63,655 nt of DNA, filler included, from Pelomyxa schiedti (GCA_020536535.1; 11 parts of 11 records of this genome joined end to end with filler, not necessarily neighbours in it); one strand, 5' to 3'; counted from the whole stretch's first letter, positions 39,275 through 52,318 are shown. Notes: generated by a model from the letters alone, not told the origin. Numbers and translations are program-made.

Positions 39275-40806
39275 NNNNNNNNNNNNNNNNNNNNNNNNNN
39301 NNNNNNNNNNNNNNNNNNTTAATTAATTAANNNNNNNNNNNNNNNNNNNNNNNNNNNNNNNNNNNNNNNNNNNNACATAAGATAATAACAACGAGAGCGA
39401 GTGCCTCTGGACACTATTAGTGTAAACATCCTTCATACCGCCAACTATAATAGTTTGTATCTGTTGTAACAAAAAGCCTTCTTTTCTTCTGACTTCGGTT
39501 TTCACTCCCAATGGCGTTTTAGCTTACAAAAAGGAATAGCGGCAAACGGGAAACGAAACGAAATTATTGGGTTTGTTTCTCTTTTTGGGTTGTGGTGGTG
39601 TATCTGTACCGTGTGGCTGGTTTTAACGGGTGGGGTGTTGATGTAATAATGCTAGTATGCTTTGGTTCTGCTGACTGTAAGGATGTGATGTGACTAGTAG
39701 GTTTTGCTTGCCGGAGTCAAGCAATAATAACATCGAAACCGTGGGGTCCTCTCGGGGGGTCAGCGAGAGGGAAAAACCGTCAGGAAACAAACCGCGGAGT
39801 TTCCGTACTCTTCAGGGTGCCTGGAAATCGATAAAAATGGAGTCGTCTCTAAAACCAAGAGTGCACCCGGTCCTAATAATATCTTCAGTGCTGATTCATT
39901 CTCACACTTTCTCACAACTTCCTCACCTTCCTTGATTTCATGCAATCGTCATGTATAGGCACACAGTGGCAATCACAGTCTCACGTCATCATCCTTCCTA
40001 AGATCAAGGCTGGTTTGTTCGTTGGGGAACCCAATGGCCAAGGTGTCAGGAGATCACACCTTGGCAGCCTTGGAGGAAGAAGAAAGTGATGAAGAGAGTG
40101 AAGAGAGAAGAGAGTCTTCAGTCTTTTCACAGTTCTGTTGGAATTCTCAATAAACATTGGTGGGTTGTTGCATTGGACAGAGACGTGTGGCTGTGTTTTG
40201 TTCTGATCTGGATCTCGAGGTAACGTTGGTGTCGTTGGTGAGAGTGCAATAGATGAAGATCCACTTTCCTGTTGTGGGGGGCTCTACCGGGTCGGTGAAC
40301 AAGGGAGACCCTGCGAAAATCAAAGTCAGGAAAAAAAAACCAAGGTGCGGGTTGTCCAATTGTGGGAAGGTGCATTGTTCGTTTGTCCTTAGGTTGCGCC
40401 AACTTGTTGGATGTGTGTTGGCGCCTCACCACGGTCATAGACCCCAGCTGCGGGCTCCCGGCATTGTGGGACACATCGGGAATTTGTGTGGACCATGCAG
40501 CTCCCTCCGCTTGGCTATAATGAGACTGGGCCCTTCTGTTGGCTCACATAATCCTTTCACAACCCCCAACTTGTTTTCGGTTTGTCGAATGCACGGAAAG
40601 AACTTCTGATTGCAAGAAAATGCCCGGCTGGTGAACCCGAGATTCTCCCTGAAAAGCTGTTCATCGTAGGCAGTTCCAGAGAGGCTTAGCCCTTCGTGGT
40701 GCTACCATGGTGGGAGGTGGCCTGCTTCCTTTTTTGGGTCCACTTGCCAATCTCGCAGTTGCGTTCCGCCAATCAAATCGTTTTTCGTCGTCTTTGCGGG
40801 GAACAC

Positions 40807-43391
40807 ATGCCACGACGCAGGCCAGGAGTCACCAGAAACAATGCTACGGAGTTGGGCCAACGCCCCCCCGTTTCGGACACCGTATCTGGTGTCGGCGCCG
40901 CGAAAGCGAAAGCGACGGCGGCCAAAACCAGCGCCGCAGCTGCCACCTCGGCGTCGTCTGAGCTAGCACGCGCAAAAGCAAACAAACGTGACGTGGCTGC
41001 AACTGAAAACATTCAACAGCTGGAGGAAGTGGAAGAGGGAGAAGAAAACGAACAAGTTGAAGATGAGGAGGAAAATTCAGGTGTGGAGGTGTCTGAGAAG
41101 GAGGAGGAGGAAGAGGAAGAAGGAGAAGAAGAGGTAGAAAAGGAAGTGGAAGAAACTTCTGAACAAGAGTTGGGATCAGCAGAATCCGATGCGAATTCTG
41201 AGGCTGAAACCGAGTCTGAATCGGAGGGTGAAGATTCCGAACCAGAGGATCACGGTTGGCACGAGGATGTGGCAAGCATGTCGTGGAGATTGTTCAACAC
41301 ACAAAAGGATAGGTTCCGAATCTATCGGCGTCATGAGACTTGCGTCAGGGGAGTTCAGCCTTTTAACCTTCTCTGTGTGATGGATTTTGAGGCTACGTGC
41401 GATTCTGACACTGGATTCGCTTGTACGAATGAGATAATTGAATTCCCGGTTGTACTCTTGAATACCTTCACGTATGCCGATTCCATTTGTTGCCAATTTA
41501 TAAAACTTTGCTGTAGTTTACAAGTGGAGGCAGAGTTTCACCGCTTCGTTCGCCCGACTGAAAGACCTCATTTGTCAAATTTCTGCAAACAGTTAACAGA
41601 TATTAGACAGGCTTATGTAGATAAAGCGAAAACGTTGCCGGGTATCCTTTTTAAAGGTTCTATATTCGTTTTTTTACCGAAAGGCAGAGGTTTTGGAAGA
41701 GTTCAATGACTGGCTTCTTTATAATAACATGCTCACACCTGCGGGAAAAGTTTGTCATGCCCCTTTCCACTGTTGCAGTAAAACTTTCAATCAGTACCAA
41801 TCCTCTGCAGCCCAGATTTGCATGTTGTACTGATGGACCTTGGGATCTTAACTTTATGCTCAATGCAGAGTGCCAAAGAAAGGTATGAAGCCCTGGTTTT
41901 AGTAATCTCAACTGAGGGTTACCAGAACATTCCGGTCAGATCTTACTTTTCCAAATGGGTTAATATTCGATGGCTTTTCCGTTCGTTTTTTGGGACAAGT
42001 CCGTTCACAGCATACGTAAAATGTTCTTACTCTGTGTAGCACGATCGAATATAGAAATGATGTTGGCACATTATGGGGAAAAATTTGTTGGTCATCAGCA
42101 TAGTGGGTAATGGATTTGCTTCAATATTGCCAATGCAAACTATTCTTATACCTTTTTAGGCTCTGTGATTCCCGTAACATCGCCAAAATAGTCATTCATC
42201 TTATCAAAGATGGGTGCCCCATCGTCATTAATGACGGAATGTCTTCAGAACTAAGTGTACACTGGGAACGTACTGTTGGCCCTCGGCTTGACGCTGAATT
42301 AAGAACTCGGTCCAAGCTTCAAAGAAGTTTGCGAGCTAAACACATAGCTGAGGACAAGAAAAGAAAGGCTGCCGCAAGTGCTTCGACCAATTCCACAAGT
42401 GTTTCTGGTAATGCCGCAAGCCCTTCTAGCAATGCCACAAGTGTAACAGCTAAGGTTGTCCCTGAAAACAGCCTCCCTGAAGTTCCTGTAGACATTGCAA
42501 AAAGCACTACAATAAAACTGGAAGCCAATACTTCCACCTCAACTACATGTGTCCAAGTCACTTCCATGGAACCAGAACCAGAAGAAGACCCAGAACCAAA
42601 ACCAAAATCTAAAAAACCAATGGCACCTCCAGTTCTCAAAATGGAGCCCAGTTTTGGAGCACTGGTAGACTTCTTCGTATTTGTTTCAGCAACGACCACC
42701 GGACAAGTATGTACTGAGTAAACCGTCACTTTTTTCCGACATTGGCAGGATATTACACAAATTGCCTCGACCGTATTCAATTTAACTTCCACCGTTGTGG
42801 ATGCCGAATTTAATGAGATTGTCACTGCACCTCATAAGAAGGGCAACCGTGCCACCAAACCAACAGGAGGAACCGAAGTAGTCACACCACCTGGAAGGCT
42901 TCTCAATGACGTACCTTTGTTACTTATTATGGCTGAGGCTTATTCATTTCTTTTAGGTTTTGAATGCTCTCAGGAAGTGGGTTAGAAAAACTGTTGGAAG
43001 TGCTAGGGCGGTTGCTGTAATTCCCTCAGGCCTTCAATTACTCTCTGAAAAGCTAGGGACAAAACCTCCCTGCTTTGAGTACCTCATGTGCCTACCACTG
43101 TCCTTTTCAACCTTTTACTATGGAGATACTGTATGTATCTTCAATCATTCAAATCATATCATTGGCTTACCAACTACAAAAAACAACACAACACGCCAGT
43201 CATTACGGCACATTTCAGTACGAGAAATGGTTTCTCGACTGAAACTCGATGTTCCAGCCACATGCGAAAACATAGGAACCAAAATACCGAATCCAACGGG
43301 TGCCCTTAAAGACTGTTACCAGGCCATGTGCATTATGGGATCAATGATCGATTCCGGGTTCCTTGTGCCTAACACAAAAATGCCCAGGTAA
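40807..43391 (+). CDS. ERI1/3'hExo-family DEDDh 3'-5' exoribonuclease with a second degenerate exonuclease-like domain
   Basis: MDFEATC, EIIEFPVVL, EFHRFVRP..LSNFCKQLTDI, TDGPWDL, HQHSGLCDSRNIAKI; acidic N-terminus. Confidence 0.9.
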
Positions 43392-43569
43392 CTATCCATG
43401 CACCACAATCACCAGATTTAACAAGGAATCAATAGGGTCCAGCCCCACTTCACAAGCAACAGAACAAACAACAGAGGCAGAAGGTTTTAAGGTTTTTTTC
43501 GAAAACGAAAGCTATTTCTTTTTCCTATCTGTTAGTGGAAAAAAAGGAAAAGGGGAAAAAAACGGGAAG

Positions 43570-46500
43570 ATGGTGGAGTTCGTGGTGCCGGCCAAGGAGG
43601 AAGATCTGGCCAAAGGGGAGGCAAATAATGACGAAGACAATGAGGGGGGTCCGTTCAGCGTAAAGAGCGTCGAGGAGCCGTCGTCGGGTTTGAGGAAGAA
43701 ATTGAATGGTTGAAGGCTGCCCTTTTTTTTGGGTTTTTGCAGTTGATTTCTTACGTGTGGAAGAGGTGTCACGAAGATTGTCGTCCAATGCATGCTCTAT
43801 TCGGGACAATGAAAATTTTGATGTGTTGTATTCTTACTTGTGGTACGTTGGTTCCAATATGTGTCAGCCACAGTCCAACGTTAAGATAGGCATTTCAGTG
43901 CTGTTCCTGTCGATATAAAACAAAAAGTTCTGGAGATTGCATGTGATGGTCTGAAGAGTGTTGCAACACAATTGCATAGAATGCAAACCTCTTCCTCTCA
44001 ATCACAGTCACAAGATGGTGAGGTTGTCTCCTACCTTTCATTCATTTGTATTTTTTCAGAGATTGACACAGAACAAAGGATCAAGAAGAAATGTTCCCTT
44101 TGAAAAATGCGCTGCAAATGTACACTTTCTTGCTAAGTTGGATGGTGAAAATTCTAGAGAAAGATGCTTTAACTCAAACAGCAGCGGCAGAAAAGGTGAA
44201 CAATTGTTTGTTTTTTTTTGTGTGTGTGACCAACCAAGTAGAGTGCCAAAGGGAAACGAACAAAAAAAGATGTGGAATCAAATTTTTGGAGTGAGCTTGG
44301 TAAAGAAAAGGTTTTTTTCATCTTTGTCACTCATAAGGCCTATCTATCCTCTTTTCATTATTTTAGGTTCTAGGAGTCATGATCGACACACTTGAAGCAG
44401 ATCTCGCTCGTGTCTGGAAAGCTCCACAACCTGAAGAAAGATTTTTACAGCTTTTCACCAGAACTTGCTTCACATTAGTAGAAAATCCATCAGTAACACG
44501 CCTTAAGCAAGTGAGAAGGTGGAATCGATAAAATTAACATGCAAATCCATCAATCTTATGGTTATTAGGTCTCTTACAGTTGTACTGGGAGTTCTCGTAA
44601 AGCAGTATTCACAATGGCCTGTGGTGATGACATCTATGATCAATTTGATGCACCAGTACGAACATGTACCTGAAATGTTCTCTGAAATTGTATCATGCAT
44701 TGCCTCCGAGTTTAAATGCCATCAATGTGTTGGCTCTATTCTCAGGTCCTTTTATCTTTTGCTTACTTTTATTCCCCTCAAAGTTTGTAGAGAAATTAGC
44801 AAAATGAATCCTAGAGACCTTGGAAAGGAAACCACTTTATTGAGAAATTTGGCTGAATTTATTTCCAATTTATCTGCCCTTGCTCCAACAAATGTACTTC
44901 CTTGTGTTTCTGTACTGCGACCACACCTTGATGGAGAGGTAAATTCTGTAACTGGCAAACACCTTTTTGAGACCATACAAAAAGCACCACATTATGAGAA
45001 ACGGAGTTTTACAGACATTCACTACCCTAATACTACGAGGAACACAAACTTCTGGTATCTCTCTTTTCTGTGGTTTTTTTTTCCCTCTCAATTTTCTTTA
45101 GAGGATGACACAGAAAAGGTGGATCCAACTGTTAAAGAGGAACTTTTAGATACTCTCTTGCAGAGGATACATGATGTCAGTGGTTATACCAGAAGTAAAG
45201 TTCTGCAACTTTGGTGCTCTCTACTGGAGTGAGTTTTTTTTTAAAAAAAAAGCTGAGCCTTAAACTGATGTAACAAGGGAGCGGGCAGTGCCACTGTCAA
45301 TGCTATCTGAACTTCTCAAGATGACATGTGGCCGTTTACAGGACAAAATATCGGCCGTAATTGCTTTTTTGCAATGGAAACTACTTATTTCCAATCAGGT
45401 TAGAAAGAGTGCAGTACAGTTGTTAATTTCCCTTCTCAAATGGAATCCTTATGGTCCCACCCTGAAGCTTTCAGAATTTAGAAAAAAAATTGAGGAGTAC
45501 AACGCTCTTCTGCAAGTAAACTCCATTTGGTGGTTTCCAACTTATGGGTTTTTCCCTTAGGCTTCTTGTGGTGAACAGGAATCTTCCAGTGGCTCAGAAT
45601 CGGAAGAAACAGGCCCGGACCAACCACATCCTAAAAAAAGGAGAGTGTCTGGTGATGCCCACACAGTCATACTAAAGGTTCGGTTTTTTTTTTCGGCAGA
45701 TCCTCTCTGATACTTTTCTCCAGGATATTGACCAGCAACGTCTCATTAACTTGCTGAAAGATTCGCCGTATGATAGCGTAGACGTATCATTACTTGGACA
45801 AGTATTCCACACCACACTATCACTCTCATAATTCACTAGATACTTCCACAACTCAAAAAATTTGGCAAATGGGCCAGGGACACTAAGAAATTTATTGAGA
45901 TACTGCACAAAGCGTTGCCTTCAGTAATAATCTTTATCCTTTTACTTATTGCAAGAACTAACAATGGAAGGTATCTGCACTTCTTGAATCGAAAATAAGT
46001 ACCGATGTTCTCGAGGCAATAGAATTTTTTGTTGTTGCCAATGAGTTTCAGATAGAAGAGGCCAAGGTTCTCTTTTTCTTTTCCTTTTATCAAACAAACC
46101 AGTACTTAAGGGGGGACTCAGAAGAATGTTGATGCTTGGTAATGTTTTCCCATTGAAGAAAGCCTATTTAACTAGAAAATAAGTGTGGTCTTCAGAACCT
46201 GGAATAAAGGAAGCACTTACCAATGCATACAACAGACTATTTTTGGGTTTATCTGATCCCATTGCTGTGTCCCGCAGCCTTATTGGGTTTTTATCTTCTA
46301 TCAGTTTGTAGTGTCTAATCAGAGCAGTCTCACACAGGGTGCCACTTTAGGTGAGCTAACATCATTAGAGGAGGTAGTTACAGATTTTGTTTTCCACAAG
46401 TACATCACCCCAAAAGTCTTGGACTCTTTGTGGCGAATTTTTGGTAAAGAGAGGGTATAACGTGCACTAATACTTGTAAGAAATGTCAGTCCCACATATC

Positions 46501-49229
46501 ACAGCAAATGAAAGTTGCGGAGCACTAATGATACTTGGGATGGCAGCTAATGCAGATCCATCTATTATCCTTAAGAAGATTAACGTAGTTGTCAACATTG
46601 GACTGGGTCCAAGATGGAAGGTTGTTGCCTTTTTTGAATATATATCTTTAACGAAACCAGGAAGAAGACCAACTTGCAAGGTACTCTTGTATTGCTCTGC
46701 AAAAATTACGGCAGACCAAACCACCACCACAACCAAGTGATCAAAAAAAGAAGAAGAAAGCAGAAAAAGAAGCCAGTGCTTCCAAGGTCAACAGTGGATC
46801 GAGTTCTGCGTCACCTGTTATCAGTCGGCTCGAGTCCTCCCATAATCTCTTTCAGAAACTCTTGGAAGTAATTACCTATAAAAACGTGCCATTGCTTTCC
46901 TGGTACAATATCGAGTGTTGTTGGACTGTTCTTATATTCTCTAGGTTTCCTGTTGCCGAGCAAGTCATCAACACAATTTATACCCTTTGTGAAAAACCAG
47001 AGATTCCAAGTGTTGGGATAGTGAAATCTCTTTACAAGGAAGCATTCCAAGGTGATGCTATCTGAGGGAAAAGGAAAACATCCAACAATATTAGAGACTC
47101 AAGTCATGACTAGTGACCTCTGTAAATTTTTCTTCGTTCTGGGGCAAATTGCAATCAAGCAGTTGGCATTGATTGAAGAGCTTGTTCAGCTTGCATCCAG
47201 CAAGTCTGTAGATACCAAGAAAGAAAAAGGTAATGTGTTAAAGACCGTTCCTTGTTATGCTGACTCGGGTAGGTTCACCTAAAAAAGGTTCAGCATCAAA
47301 AAGTGGGCTCAAACAAGCAGCAGGTAAATCCTTCCATCTGTTCCTACTAACTGTATTAGATATTGAGCAAGAACTTGGCTCCAAGGAAGCCCACACGGAA
47401 TCCAAGTACGAGGCCATGCAACTGCTCGCTGAAAGACAACTTGTCAGTACAAACCTTCTTGGGGAATTTGCCTCCCTCATTGTGACAGTTTGTCGAAACG
47501 CGACTGGACAATTTGGGGTAAGGCAAATAGGGAACTTGTGCTCTTCTTTACTTGTATCAGAACTCACTTTTACGGGAATCTGCAGTCTTAGCTCTGTGTA
47601 AGTACATGTGTGTCAGCAGTGAATTCTGGTATATAATCAAACACTGGTGCCCTTTACTGAAAGGAAATAACCAATTAGTGCTGAACACATACACTTGCTT
47701 GTATCTATTTTGGCATCACCCTCGGAACCGGCATCAGTCCGTTCCAATGTAATCATAACTATTGGAGACTTGTGCTTCAGGTGAGTATTCTGTAATCTCC
47801 ATTATGTCGGGTTACAACTTCCAAGATTTCCGAATGTTGTGGAGCCCTACACTGACCACATTTACAAAACTCTCCGCGATTCTGACAGTAGAGTCCGAAA
47901 GAATGCATTGCTGGTTCTCACGCACCTTATTTTACACGATATGATAAAGGTATCTTTTTTTCTCTTCCTCAATACAAACTCCAAAGTAGATAAAAGGACA
48001 AATTAGCGAGATTGCAATGCTTCTCACAGATTCCGATACACATATTTCAGAGCTCACACGTTTGTTCTTCAACGAACTGTCAACAAAAGGTTAGCTCCTT
48101 CCATCTCATCCTTGTTCAGAGGAAAGACAGGCAACTCAATTTACAACATTCTTCCTGATGTTATAAGTTCATTACTCTCCTCGGAGGCCGAAAACTTCAA
48201 GGATGTTGTCAAATTTTTATTTTCTTTTCTCTCCAAAGTAATTCCTTTCTTTGGGACGTTCCCAATTTTTTAAAATTTTAAAAGGAACGGCAATTTGAGA
48301 GTCTCCTTGAAAAGTTGTGCCAAAGAATCAAGATCCATTCCGGTGTGTTTTACCTTTCTTTTGATCCCCTCCACTGACTGCTGTCAATTCAGACCCTCAT
48401 CATTCCAGATGCATCTCATATTGTCTTTCCTTGCTAACCTATAACGACAAATGTATTCGTAAACTCGGAGAACAATTCCCATGCTATAGAGACAAGTTGG
48501 ATGATGACGAAGTGTATGAATGTTACTGTAATATCGTAAATAAGGTAGAGTCTCCCATGGAGCAATGTTAGTGGCATTCCGCAGTCTTCACTAGTGCTAC
48601 TAGTAATTATGTGGCTAACGACACAAAGACAAAAAAATTCGCCAAACCTGAGCTCAAAGCCGAACTAGACAACTTCGAAAAAAAACTCATAGCCGCCAGA
48701 GAGCATACCGAATATAACCCTGATCAAACTCCTGCACCATCTGCAGCTTCTGGGACAGCTAAAGCAAGAGGGGCTACCCAATGTACACTCCCAGCATTGC
48801 ATACATTCGTTTTACATTACAAAAGCAGCCCGAGGAAGACGAAGAGGTGGAGCTAGAGCTGCTACAACTACAGGAAAGAGAAAGGTTTCTTGTAAAAAAA
48901 CAAACTGGAATGCTAAACTCCATACAGGCGCCTGCAAAACGAAAGGTTGAGTCTGACAGTGATTCAGGTTTCTTGATAAGATACACACTTTTGCCAAAAG
49001 CTAACACCGCAATCATCAAGAATCCGCAGCGAGTTTCAGCAGCTCCGAGGAACAAGCACCCGCCAGAAAAGCAACCACAACCAAAAAGAAAAGTAGTAGT
49101 TCCAGCAGTAGTGGCAGCAGTTCTAGCAGTGGTAGTAGCAGTGACAGTGGAAGTGACAGCGATAGTGCTCGCATTAAAAAACCCCCAACAGCCACCAAAG
49201 CCACAACCAAGGACTCAGAAAGTGACTGA
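43570..49229 (+). CDS. NCAPD2: Condensin I HEAT subunit CAP-D2 (Cnd1/Ycs4)
   Basis: RIHDVSGYTRSKVLQLW, LQDKISAVRKSAVQLL, SAVLALCKYMCVSSEF, RSNVIITIGDLCFRFPNVVEPYT..LRDSDSRVRKNALLVLTHLILHDMIK, GNSIYNILPDVIS. Confidence 0.93.
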
Positions 49230-49345
49230 CGAAACTTTAACGTTCCATCCCCTCTTTTTCCGTGCCTTAAAAGGGCGCCAAAATGTTTTCGCAGCGTCAC
49301 TTCAAAAATTTTGCGCCGATTCTGAGGCCTGGGTCTTGAGATCAA

Positions 49346-50537
49346 ATGGGAGGAACAGGGTAACTGGGAGGCTGGGCAGCAGGGAGGGAAACAGCACACT
49401 AGGGGGGCACGAGCACAACGAGGAGGAGACCCGCATAGGGTGGAAACAGAGACTACGCTGGAGGGACAACACCCAATACTCCATGTGAAGGGGTTCCTTG
49501 CCGCCCTTGTCACCCACTACCTCGTCAAGCAAGTGATTTGGAACTTTGCCCTCGTGTACACGCCCCTCTTCTTCCTGCTCACATTGTAACTGGTCCTCGT
49601 ACGCAATGCGTTGTGTGGCTTCAATGAGAGTGTTTCCATCGTGTTGTACCAGTCATTGCCAACAATTTACCGCAGCGGGAAGCCGAACCACTTCCGTGCT
49701 TGGGGAGAAAGAGGGTAAGTGAGTTTCATTGACAAACACGCAGAAACTGAAAAAAAGACGAACCGGCCGGGTATCGATCCGGCGATCTCTATTTTTGTGG
49801 TGAGGGTAGGTTTACCCTTGCGGTTACCCCTGCGGCTGTACTTGTTTTCAGGTGACCAGCGGAAAGTGGACAATCCCGCCGCTTCTTTGGAAGATTCACT
49901 CCCGGCATCACGCCGGTGCAAAGTCGTTCATATCCGGGATAGGGATTCCTTCTACAATCTGGCCGCAGTGCAGTTCACAAGGCACGTTCCTTGGGGATTT
50001 CGGGACGGCGATTTGCTATCCCTGTGCTTTTGGGGTCATTATATGCAAGTTGACCTGGAAGCCACTTACAAATCAGGCAAGGCTGAGGTTATTTTCTCGG
50101 CCTCGGATGTGGCCCAAGCCGTTGGCCCCAAGTCTCTGGTTTTCTCAAGAACCCACGGTGAATTGGTTGTTGGCTACAGATCAGTTACTCACGTACGAAC
50201 TGGATTAAATCAAACCTTCTCTGATGGACTTCGCATTGGTGTCGGTGACTTCCATATTGGTGCCGCTTCTGTTTGGCCCCTTGTCAAGCCTGGGTTTGAA
50301 GTATTTCATGTCGATGACATTGCACTGTCAAATCCCGTTGCAGTACTGGGCAATCACATATTTACAACCAGTGCACAAATTGATTTGACTGGTTGTGCTG
50401 GTGGGTTGTTCCTGCAGCATGCATCAAGCTGGGATAACCCTGGTTTTATCCGAATAATCGACACCCTTACTGGGTTTGTTATAATTCAACTTGACAACAC
50501 AAGTCCTGTGTCACCATTCAAAGTTCAAAACTTTTGA
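49346..50537 (+). CDS. Member of the expanded unannotated family; 5' end uncertain
   Basis: 272-aa ORF with MQVDLEATYKSGKAEV and C-terminal GGLFL..IRIIDTLTGFVII, similar to the 57005 gene C-terminus (CGLLL..VKIIEPVTGCCI). Confidence 0.55.
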
Positions 50538-51395
50538 AATAAGGGGTAAAACAAAACTGGGTTTCTTTTTTTAACCCTTTAGCTAAAATCTCTGATTATC
50601 CCCTATGTTACTGCCTTCTGATGCATCCTGATGTATCCCGATGGTCGGTGGGAGATGTAGAAGGATGAATCGTGGTGCAGGTGGATAGAACTCTTAGTGT
50701 AAGTGAGATGTAACGTGATGAAGAGAACTGCTGGTTGTTTGTAGATGAAACACGATGGCAAGCAATGGAACGGAGGAAGCCATGCAACACATTTGGAACT
50801 ACAAGCAACAGAAACATTACAAATTTTTTTTTTATTCTCACTCTATGCCAGAGCCACTTGCTTTTGTGGGTGTTGTGATTCTTAGTGGCATTTTTGGTGG
50901 TTGTCCTTGGGTCCCTGGTTTTTGGGTGGTTGCCCTTTCCAGGTGCTTCTTGTGTCAACAATTTTAGTTCTTGTGGTTCTCTTCTTCTTGGAGCAGCCTT
51001 GGACACTATGTGGCTTACCTCTTTTTGACTGTGGCTCAACAGGGTCTACAACATCTGAAATTCGTGACAGCAATTCTTTTCTGTGAGTGTAGTGTAGAAT
51101 TGGCTGGAGTTGCAGGTGTTTTCTTTGTCATTCACTCCCAGAAAATCAGTATCCAACTTCAACACTTTCCATGAAGCCTTTTTGAATGTGGGTTTCCTGA
51201 TTCCTCTGGCTCATGAGTTTGTTTTGCCATAGAAGCTTTAAACCTCAAACAGTTTGCACACTGTTTCTTCATGAAACATGGATATACAAGAACTTCTACA
51301 CCACCACTCTGTCTAATATTTAAAAGGGATAAAAAATAGTTTCCAAGTTGAATGAAAAAATGAATATCAAACTTCAAATATTTTCCCAAATATTC

Positions 51396-51649
51396 CACAG
51401 TATGCAGATACAGTAACAATGAGTGCAGACCTCCTGCACAACCAAGTACAAAATATGATAGAGCACTTTGACAAACTGAACAATATGATATGATTCAATC
51501 ATTCCAGTTTGCTAATGATTGATGTTAACTAAACGGGAGAAAATTACAAAGGGGGGAACAAACTTAAGGAGCCTATGAGTGCTCTTTCATATTTTGTACT
51601 TGGTTGCACAGGAGGTCTGCACTCATTGTTACTGTATCTGCATACTGTG
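51396..51649. repeat. Inverted repeat, 72-bp arms (3 mismatches), 110-nt loop
   Basis: 51396-51467 is the reverse complement of 51578-51649. Confidence 0.93.
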
Positions 51650-51688
51650 CACGTTAGGTGAGACCAAAACTTAGAAAGAAAAGTACCT

Positions 51689-52318
51689 GTGATGATTGTA
51701 ACAACATGAGTAATGCCCTCATGGAATCTGCAATAATGTCCATGACACTTGAAATAAGCTGTGCTCCCCCAGCATCAACTGAGCCACTGACACCTTCCCA
51801 ATTCAAAAACTCAGCCATTTCTGGATCCAAGTAATGCCAGAACAAACTTAGGCACATACAACAATAAGTTACAAGAACAAAATAGGGGAGGCACACACCA
51901 CACCTGTTATGCAGTCTTAGAGGAGACCAGATCTACTGTCATTCTCTCAAGTGACCCACACAAACTTACACCACAGACCAAACAAGTTTGCACTGTCACA
52001 TGTGGCATCAGCATCCTCAGCCACCAAAACAAGTTTGGTGGGTGCAACCTTGTGTGGGTCACTCAAACAGTAGATCTGGTGTTCTCTACAGACCACATAA
52101 CATGTGTGGTGTGTGCCTCCCCTATTTTGTTCTTGTAACTTATTGTTGTATGTGCCTAAGTTTGTTCTGGCATTACTTGGATCCAGAAATGGCTGAGTTT
52201 TTGAATTGGGAAGGTGTCAGTGGCTCAGTTGATGCTGGGGGAGCACAGCTTATTTCAAGTGTCATGGACATTATTGCAGATTCCATGAGGGCATTACTCA
52301 TGTTGTTACAATCATCAC
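51689..52318. repeat. Long inverted repeat: 215-bp perfect stem, diverged inner stem and 86-nt loop (candidate hairpin RNA)
   Basis: 51689-51903 is the reverse complement of 52104-52318; inner 14-bp blocks pair 51926-51939 with 52067-52080 and 51950-51963 with 52050-52063. Confidence 0.95.

Noticed and set aside
39694-40701. Minus-strand frame of ~336 codons interrupted only by TGA (7 times), suggesting UGA recoding or a selenoprotein
   Set aside because: TAA/TAG are scarce in all minus-strand frames here, so this is not significant. TGA terminates other genes, and CGA>TGA decay of a pseudogene would also explain it.
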